In this document: piece by piece, positions 57,586-64,000 of the stretch
How the letters are laid out: every line of letters starts with the position of its first letter
How positions within the stretch are numbered: the stretch's first letter is position 1
From: Pseudomonadota bacterium
GTDB taxonomy: Bacteria; Pseudomonadota; Gammaproteobacteria; Burkholderiales; JABEVD01
Assembly (NCBI GenBank): GCA_021835845.1
Contig: JAKBJU010000011.1
Location: 3,528-67,527 of the forward strand
Length of the DNA: 64,000 nt
Direction of reading: 5' to 3'
The notes under the pieces: generated by a model
Database searches by the model: none
Told to the model about the DNA's origin: nothing
The model's input: the letters and a program-made list of their open reading frames with translations, nothing else
Program-made: the position numbers and the translations under genes

Positions 57586-58317
57586 CTATTCGCCCGCATC
57601 CAAGAACCTGATTTCATCCTTCTCGCAGGCAATGCAGAGGGCGCCATTGTCATGCCAGTCGCCCAGAACCCACCTTTCGCAGGCGCTGCCATCCAGGTCG
57701 AACACATGTTTCCCGGGCTTGTGGGTATGGCCATGGATCATGCGGGTGCAGCTGTTTTCAGTCAGCAGTCTGCTTGCCGCAGCGTGGTCGACGTCCATGA
57801 CGGCACCGGTTTTCTCCTGCTTCATTTGCTCGCTTTGCCGCCGCAACTGGGCAATGGCCTCCTTGCGTGCGGCCAGCGGCTGGGCAAGAAATGCAGACTG
57901 CCATGCTTCGGCGCGGACTGTCCGCCGGAAAGCCTGGTATTCGGTGTCGCTGGTGCAAAGCGCATCGCCATGGGTGAGCAGCATTTTGCCGCCGCAGGCA
58001 GATACCAGGCATGGATCGGACAGGTGCGCGGCCCCGGATGCTTCGAAAAACCGCCTTCCCATCAGGAAATCCCGGTTGCCGTGCATGATGTGGAGCGCAA
58101 CGCCCGAGTCGGCCAGTTTTCTCAGGCTGGAAACCACCTTGCCGTTGAAGGAGTCGTCGAGATCGTCGTCCCCCGCCCAGGCATCGAAGAGATCGCCCAG
58201 AATGTAAAGCGAAGAGGCACCAGCCGCCTGAGTTTCGAGAAATCTGAAAAACAGCCTGGAGACTCCCGCCTCATTCCCGGAAAGATGGACATCCGAAATG
58301 AAAAGCGCGCGGCCCAC
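57586..58317 (-). CDS. lpxH: UDP-2,3-diacylglucosamine hydrolase
   Basis: FISDVHL, LGDLFDAW.GDD, HGNRDF, HGD.LCT.D, HGHTH, LGDW; follows ppiB. Confidence 0.95.
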   Translation of the reverse strand: MGRALFISDVHLSGNEAGVSRLFFRFLETQAAGASSLYILGDLFDAWAGDDDLDDSFNGKVVSSLRKLADSGVALHIMHGNRDFLMGRRFFEASGAAHLSDPCLVSACGGKMLLTHGDALCTSDTEYQAFRRTVRAEAWQSAFLAQPLAARKEAIAQLRRQSEQMKQEKTGAVMDVDHAAASRLLTENSCTRMIHGHTHKPGKHVFDLDGSACERWVLGDWHDNGALCIACEKDEIRFLDAGE

Positions 58318-58325
58318 CTAGGCTT

Positions 58326-58817
58326 TCAGCACACTTCCGCTCGGGTTATGACGGCATCCTCCACCGGGACGTCCCTGTGGCCTGCCTGGCTTGTCGTTTT
58401 GACTTTTCCGATTTGCGAGACGATTTCGGCCCCTTCCACCACCTTCCCGAAAACGCAATAGCCGTAGCCCTGGGGAGTGGAAGCCGTATAATCGAGGAAG
58501 TCGTTGTCGACCAGATTGATGAAGAACTGGCTCGATGCGGAATGGGGATCCGGCGTTCTCGCCATGGCGATGGTATAGGCCTCGTTCTTCAGCCCGTTGT
58601 CCGCCTCGTTCTTGATCGGCGCAAGGGTTTTCTTCTGCTTCATGCCAGGTTCGAATCCGCCGCCCTGGATCATGAATCCGCCGATCACGCGATGGAATAT
58701 GGTGTTGTCGTAGAAGCCGCTTTCGACATAGGAGACGAAATTTTCGCAGGTCACGGGCGCTTTTTCGAAATCGAGCTCAAGCGAAATGACGCCGTGAGTG
58801 GTATGCAGTTTGATCAT
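58326..58817 (-). CDS. ppiB: Cyclophilin-type peptidyl-prolyl isomerase, cytoplasmic
   Basis: [37 protein letters not shown]. Confidence 0.95.
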   Translation of the reverse strand: MIKLHTTHGVISLELDFEKAPVTCENFVSYVESGFYDNTIFHRVIGGFMIQGGGFEPGMKQKKTLAPIKNEADNGLKNEAYTIAMARTPDPHSASSQFFINLVDNDFLDYTASTPQGYGYCVFGKVVEGAEIVSQIGKVKTTSQAGHRDVPVEDAVITRAEVC

Positions 58818-58825
58818 GCTTTTCC

Positions 58826-59398
58826 TTATCTTGAAATGACTGTCATGCTCTGGATGACGACAGCGTTTTTGGGAACATCGGACGGAAAGGAGCCTCCCGG
58901 GCCTGTGGGAAGGGCTGCGATTTTGTTCACCACATCCATGCCTTTGACCACCCTGCCGAACACGCAATAGCCTATCCTCTCCGCCGAGGAATCGATGTAA
59001 TTGAGGCTCCTGTTGTCGTTCACGTTGATGAAGAACTGGGCAGTGGCCGAATTCGGATCCATGGTGCGCGCCATGGCGACCGTTCCGGGAATGTTATGCA
59101 GTCCGTTGGCTGCCTCGTTGGCTATCGGCGGACGGGTTGCCTTTTCCCTGAATCCCGTCGTGAATCCTCCGCCCTGGATCATGAACCCCTTGATCACGCG
59201 GTGGAATATGGTGCCGCTGTAGAATCCGTCCTTCACGTACTGCAGGAAATTCTCGACCGTTTTGGGCGCCTTGTCGGGATAGAGCTCGATCAGGACATCC
59301 CCCATGTTCGTCTTCACTTCCACCTCGGGGTTCGCAGCCATGGCAGAACCGCTCAGCAGCGCGAACAAGAGAACGAAATATTTCATGCTAGATTTCAT
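58826..59398 (-). CDS. ppiA: Cyclophilin-type peptidyl-prolyl isomerase, periplasmic
   Basis: Signal peptide plus [30 protein letters not shown]. Confidence 0.93.
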   Translation of the reverse strand: MKSSMKYFVLLFALLSGSAMAANPEVEVKTNMGDVLIELYPDKAPKTVENFLQYVKDGFYSGTIFHRVIKGFMIQGGGFTTGFREKATRPPIANEAANGLHNIPGTVAMARTMDPNSATAQFFINVNDNRSLNYIDSSAERIGYCVFGRVVKGMDVVNKIAALPTGPGGSFPSDVPKNAVVIQSMTVISR

Positions 59399-60582
59399 GC
59401 GTCACCCTCATAAATGATCTTCCAGGCATTCCCTTCCCTGATCCAGTACTGCCGCTTTCTCATCTTGTTGTGGAAGTTGTTGCTGGAATAATCCTGGTCG
59501 AAGCTTACCACGAAAAAACCGTCCTTGCCGGGATACAGGAAGGCGCTGACATTCGAGATTGTGATCTTCACCCAGGACTTCGCCGAATTGACCTTGGACT
59601 TGTATTTCGCCCATTCCGGAAACCCCATTGTGTCCGAAAAGAATTGTTTCGAATAGTTCCCGAGATAGGCGTCATTGTCCAGGCTTTCCCAGTCGCGCTT
59701 CCACTTTTCCAGGGCGTCGTCGACCGACTGGCGCACCGCCTCGGCCTCCTTCCGGCTTTCCCACCTGATCGAATCGGAAATGATCACGGGCGTCACGCCC
59801 AGTTGCAGGTAGTCGCCTATTTCGGTGAGATCATGGTTGGCCAGGACGACGCAGCCGCTGCTTGCCTTCGGAACCCTGCTGTAGGTGTCGGGAGGGGTGC
59901 CGTGAAGCCAGATGCCATGCCCGCTCCGCCCCTCGTGCCTGTCCCATTCGTTCGGATAGCTGATCGGGAAGGCCCCGGAGCCGTAAAAAGCCGGCAGCTT
60001 GCTTTCCGGCAGATGCCCTGTCACGCGGTAAACGCCGATCGGGGTTTTCTTGTCCCCTTCCGAGACCTTCTCGCCGGACTGCTTTCCGCTCGTGATGTAA
60101 TAATCGGCGACATATTGCGGTCCGCCATCGACGTTCCGGTATAGGTAAAGCGCTGACTTGTCGAGGTCGACGACTATCGCATACTTTTGTTCCGGACGCA
60201 TTTCCACCAGATAGCTCGGCACGGTATCCTCATCCGGCCGCTGTTCGTGGCGCATCACGCGGGCGAGCGCCTCTTCCCTCAACCCCTGGATGCGATCGGG
60301 AGGGGCGCCCGCCACATCGCCCAGCTTGCTGATCGGCCTGCTGCGGGCAAGCAGGATATCCCCCTTGACGAGCTGCGCCAGCCTGAAGTTGGGATTGGTC
60401 TTGAGCACACTGTCTATGCTTGAAAGCGCGGAATTCATCTGGCTGTGGCTGATATCGATCAGGCTCTGAACCAGCAGCGCATCGGGGGAAGCCGCGCAGG
60501 CCACCTTCGCAACAGCCAGCATGGCGATGCCCAGAAGGGAATGTAAAGCTATATTTTTCAATGCGTTACTTTTCAGTTTCAA
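59395..60582 (-). CDS. L,D-transpeptidase (YkuD) family protein with C-terminal NTF2-like domain
   Basis: [22 protein letters not shown]...S.GCV; start uncertain (TTG). Confidence 0.88.
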   Translation of the reverse strand: MKLKSNALKNIALHSLLGIAMLAVAKVACAASPDALLVQSLIDISHSQMNSALSSIDSVLKTNPNFRLAQLVKGDILLARSRPISKLGDVAGAPPDRIQGLREEALARVMRHEQRPDEDTVPSYLVEMRPEQKYAIVVDLDKSALYLYRNVDGGPQYVADYYITSGKQSGEKVSEGDKKTPIGVYRVTGHLPESKLPAFYGSGAFPISYPNEWDRHEGRSGHGIWLHGTPPDTYSRVPKASSGCVVLANHDLTEIGDYLQLGVTPVIISDSIRWESRKEAEAVRQSVDDALEKWKRDWESLDNDAYLGNYSKQFFSDTMGFPEWAKYKSKVNSAKSWVKITISNVSAFLYPGKDGFFVVSFDQDYSSNNFHNKMRKRQYWIREGNAWKIIYEGDA

Positions 60583-61570
60583 TCAGCCACTTGCCGCCGG
60601 AATTCGACAGCGTCATGACTTTTGACGTCGACTCTGCCATGGCAGAAGACTTGTACGATTGCGTAAAGCGGATTGTCGCATGTTTTTCGTCGGAAAAAAC
60701 CACTTCCGGATTCGATACCGTCACGGAAATGAACTTCGGCTTTTCTATCCTGGCCTTGCGAAGCTGCTTCCAGTGGTCCAGCCCTTTCCCGTCGGACGGC
60801 TGAAAGTCACCCGCATAGAATCCAAGATAGCCGGCGACATCCTGGTCCGACCAGGCCTTCGCCCAGGCCTGCAGCGTTGCGATCACCGCCTTCTCATCCC
60901 CGGAAGGCTCCTTCTTGGCCGGCCCGGCCTCCGCCTTCACGGAAGATTCCGCGCTGGCGGGTGGGGGCAGGGGCGCGACATCTTCCGCCTTGTTCGCGAC
61001 CTTCCCGTCGTCGGCATGCGCTGCGGCATGCTTGTGCGCGGCAGGCTGCCCCTCCCGAGAAAAGAGGGTCTTGATCAGTGCGAGCTTGGTCTGGGCGCTG
61101 ACGTTGGACTTGTCGAGCTGAAGCGCCTTGTCATAGGCCTGACTCGCCAGCTTGGCGTAAATGTCGCCCAGATTCTCGTGCGCCGTGGCATAGCTGGGAT
61201 GGGTCTGGATCGCCAGTTCCAGTTCGTCCTTGGCCTTCTCGTACTGCCCCTGGGCCGCATAAAGGACCGCCAGATTGTTGTATGGCTCCGGCAATTCAGG
61301 ATAATCCTCGGTCAATCCGGTAAATACCTTGATCGCCTCGCTGGATTTCTTCTCCTCGGTCAGAATCACCCCTTTCAAGAAGCGTCCCTGCGCATCCTTG
61401 GGGTTCTTGGCAAGCCAGACATCGACCTGCTTCATCGCGGCGTCATACTGCCCTCCCTTGAAAAGCTTGTTTGCCTCCTTGAGCGCATCGGCCCGGGCGG
61501 AGAAACTCGACAGCATGAAGCAGCACAGCAGGGATGCGCCGGCAAGCCGGGCGAAGGATGACCTTTTCAT
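60566..61570 (-). CDS. Exported TPR protein with C-terminal NTF2-like domain
   Basis: Signal peptide, PELPEPYNNLAVLYA, AHENLGDIY, WAKAWS...YLGFY. Confidence 0.88.
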   Translation of the reverse strand: MKRSSFARLAGASLLCCFMLSSFSARADALKEANKLFKGGQYDAAMKQVDVWLAKNPKDAQGRFLKGVILTEEKKSSEAIKVFTGLTEDYPELPEPYNNLAVLYAAQGQYEKAKDELELAIQTHPSYATAHENLGDIYAKLASQAYDKALQLDKSNVSAQTKLALIKTLFSREGQPAAHKHAAAHADDGKVANKAEDVAPLPPPASAESSVKAEAGPAKKEPSGDEKAVIATLQAWAKAWSDQDVAGYLGFYAGDFQPSDGKGLDHWKQLRKARIEKPKFISVTVSNPEVVFSDEKHATIRFTQSYKSSAMAESTSKVMTLSNSGGKWLIETEK

Positions 61571-61651
61571 TGTGATATACTTGACCTGGTTAAGTGTGTT
61601 CAGAATTTTATAACAAAACACAGCAATTCTATCAAAATTGAGCTGCGCATC

Positions 61652-63070
61652 ATGACTTTTCCCCTGAAATCCAGGTTCGCCCCGAGTCCGACCGGCCTGA
61701 TCCACTTCGGCAACGTGCGCACGGCGCTCTTCAATGCGCTGCTTTCCCGCAAGGCCGGCGGCACTTTCCTGCTCCGCATAGAGGACACCGATGCCGCCAG
61801 AAGCCGCGAGGAATACATTCTCGCACTTCAGGAAGACCTCAACTGGCTTGGCCTCGCCTGGCAGGAAGGCGACGGCACGGGAGGCCATTTCGGCCCTTAC
61901 CGTCAATCCGGGAGAAGCGCGATTTACGAACAGCACCTCAGGATACTCGAAGGGGAGAACAGGGTCTATCCCTGCTTCTGCAGCGCCGTCGAGCTCGAAG
62001 TGTCGAGAAAAATCCAGGCATCATCGGGGAAGCCTCCGAGGTACGGCGGCAAGTGCGCCCACCTGAAACCCGACGAAATTGCGAGCAAGAAGCAGCAGGG
62101 ACTGCCCTACACCTTGCGATTCAGGATGCCGAGGGGCGAATCCATCCGGTTCGACGACCTGGTAAGAGGCTCGCAGCATTTCCCGACGGACGAGATCGGC
62201 GACTTCATCATCCGCCGTTCGGACGGTACTTTCGCATTCTTCTACGTGAATGCCCTGGACGATGCCCTGATGCAGGTCACCCATGTGTTGCGAGGCGAGG
62301 ATCACCTGACCAACACGCCGAGGCAAATCGCGATTCTGGACGCCCTTTCGATGCCCGTGCCGCAATACGGCCACATCTCGCTCATCGTGGACGGCGCAGG
62401 CGCGCCGCTTTCCAAGAGAAGCGGCAGCCTTTCCGTGCAGGAACTCAGGGAAATCGGCTATTTTGCCATTGCAGTCAACAATTACCTGGCTCGCCTCGGC
62501 CACAATTACCAGGACAACCGCCTCTTGAGTCTCGACGAACTGGCTGCGGCCTTCGCCATCGAGAATCTGGGAAGAGCCCCGGCAAGGTATGACAGGACCC
62601 AGCTCGACTACTGGCAGGCCCAGGCGCTGCAGCAGACTGACTCGGCAGCGCTCGCGGCCTGGCTCGGGCAGGCCGCTTCGCAATGGGTGCCCGAAAAGGA
62701 TCTCGAAAATTTCGCCGATGCGGTCAGGGACAACGTGCTGTTTCCCCACGATGCCGCGATCTGGGCGGAGGCGATCTATTCCGACAGGCTCCCCATGTCG
62801 GACGAGGCCCTTGCAATTCTCGAGGAAACGCCCGCGGAATTCTTCAGGGCGGCAGCCGACCTGCTTGCGCGAGACCTCGATTTCAGGGCCTTTGCGCAAG
62901 GCGTCAAGGAAAAGACCGGCTGCTCGGGAAAGAAACTCTTCCTGCCGCTCAGGGCCGCGCTCACCGGACAGACTCACGGGCCGGAAATGCCCAGGATACT
63001 CCCGCTCATCGGCTTCGACCGGGCCAGGCACAGGCTGATGCAGCATGTACTCAACAATGACATAGACTGA
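61652..63070 (+). CDS. gltX: Glutamate--tRNA ligase (possibly GluRS2-type paralog)
   Basis: [33 protein letters not shown], anticodon domain [12 protein letters not shown]. Confidence 0.92.
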   Translation: MTFPLKSRFAPSPTGLIHFGNVRTALFNALLSRKAGGTFLLRIEDTDAARSREEYILALQEDLNWLGLAWQEGDGTGGHFGPYRQSGRSAIYEQHLRILEGENRVYPCFCSAVELEVSRKIQASSGKPPRYGGKCAHLKPDEIASKKQQGLPYTLRFRMPRGESIRFDDLVRGSQHFPTDEIGDFIIRRSDGTFAFFYVNALDDALMQVTHVLRGEDHLTNTPRQIAILDALSMPVPQYGHISLIVDGAGAPLSKRSGSLSVQELREIGYFAIAVNNYLARLGHNYQDNRLLSLDELAAAFAIENLGRAPARYDRTQLDYWQAQALQQTDSAALAAWLGQAASQWVPEKDLENFADAVRDNVLFPHDAAIWAEAIYSDRLPMSDEALAILEETPAEFFRAAADLLARDLDFRAFAQGVKEKTGCSGKKLFLPLRAALTGQTHGPEMPRILPLIGFDRARHRLMQHVLNNDID

Positions 63071-64000
63071 TGCTCAAGATCTACAATACCCTGGCAAGGG
63101 AGAAGCAGGACTTCCACCCGATCCATCCGGAAAAAATCGGAATTTACGTCTGCGGCATGACCGTTTACGACTATTGCCATCTGGGCCACGCCAGGGTGAT
63201 GGTGGTCTTCGACATGGTGGCGAAGTGGCTCAGGGCTTCCGGGTATGAAGTGAACTACGTGCGCAATGTCACCGATATCGACGACAAGATCATCCGGCGC
63301 GCGATCGAAAACGGGGAATCCATCTCCGACCTGACCTCCCGGTTCATCGCGGCCATGCACGAGGATGCCGAAAGGCTCGGGGTGGGTGCGCCGGACCACG
63401 AGCCCCGCGCGACGCAATACGTGGCGCAGATGATCGCCATGATCGCAACGCTGGTCGAGAAGAAGCTCGCCTATGCGCCAGGAAACGGGGACGTCTATTA
63501 TTCGGTGCGCGATTTTGCAGGCTACGGCAAGCTCTCCGGAAAGTCCCTGGAAGACCTGCGCGCGGGAGAACGGGTGGAAGTCGACCCGTTCAAGCGCGAC
63601 CCGCTCGATTTCGTGCTGTGGAAAGCGGCGAAGGCGGGAGAGCCCTCCTGGGATTCCCCATGGGGACCGGGGCGCCCCGGCTGGCACATCGAATGCTCGG
63701 CCATGAGCGAGGAGCTGCTCGGGGAACACTTCGACATCCACGGCGGCGGGCAAGACCTGCAATTCCCCCACCACGAGAACGAGATCGCCCAGTCCGAAGG
63801 CGCGCACGGCCACACCTTCGTCAATTACTGGATGCACAACGGCTTCGTCAGGGTGGACGACGAAAAGATGTCCAAATCCCTGGGCAATTTCTTCACGGTG
63901 CGCGAGGTGCTCGAAAAATTCGACGCGGAAGTGGTGCGCTTCTTCATCCTGCGGGCGCACTACAGAAGCCCCCTCAACTATTCGGATGCCCACCTCCAGG
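63070..64000 (+). CDS. cysS: Cysteine--tRNA ligase (3'-truncated by window edge)
   Basis: Not in the ORF track; MLKIYNTL...[59 protein letters not shown]. Confidence 0.97.
   Translation, partial: MLKIYNTLAREKQDFHPIHPEKIGIYVCGMTVYDYCHLGHARVMVVFDMVAKWLRASGYEVNYVRNVTDIDDKIIRRAIENGESISDLTSRFIAAMHEDAERLGVGAPDHEPRATQYVAQMIAMIATLVEKKLAYAPGNGDVYYSVRDFAGYGKLSGKSLEDLRAGERVEVDPFKRDPLDFVLWKAAKAGEPSWDSPWGPGRPGWHIECSAMSEELLGEHFDIHGGGQDLQFPHHENEIAQSEGAHGHTFVNYWMHNGFVRVDDEKMSKSLGNFFTVREVLEKFDAEVVRFFILRAHYRSPLNYSDAHLQ

Noticed and set aside
1-64000. CRISPR array or other cas genes accompanying the Cas6-like gene
   Set aside because: No regularly spaced repeats and no Cas1/2/3/5/7/8-like ORFs seen; intergenic gaps are too short for a typical array

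Overview
GC-rich chromosomal window from a sulfur-oxidizing betaproteobacterium (taxon inferred from gene content and synteny; possibly acid-adapted). Left end: housekeeping run rpsA(partial)-ihfB-lapAB-pyrF-hldA-hldD, then a convergent rnr-rlmB operon. A tRNA-Leu(CAG) is followed by a decayed island (internally deleted integrase, RHH/RelE toxin-antitoxin pair, YecA/SEC-C protein, PAS-GGDEF-EAL, truncated umuD). An accessory stretch follows: phosphoesterase, a glutamate-free orphan flagellin, di-heme peroxidase, porin, a membrane-less MgtA fragment behind an attenuator-like leader, an EAL protein and a sigma54-driven sRNA candidate. The centre is a reverse dissimilatory sulfite reductase cluster dsrABEFHCMKLJOPN plus thioredoxin. 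Divergent from it is an operon with a solo Cas6-like RAMP protein (no CRISPR array or other cas gene seen), a Cys-less DsrC paralog, a tandem TusA and a TauD-like dioxygenase. Next come sulfur trafficking/transport genes (FadL-like, DsrE2, TusA, USP, DUF1634, TauE) and a cytoplasmic Cys-rich NarX/NarL-like two-component system. A tandem 19-bp box recurs in all three sulfur-cluster promoter regions. Right part: msrA, a second sRNA candidate, a TonB uptake operon led by a DUF2946/CruR-like uORF, ribE-ribD-nrdR-glyA, leuA with a Leu-rich leader peptide, a mini-FliD-like gene, sodB, lpxH, ppiB/ppiA, L,D-transpeptidase, TPR protein, gltX and cysS(partial). All family assignments come from motif recognition by eye; no database searches were run.
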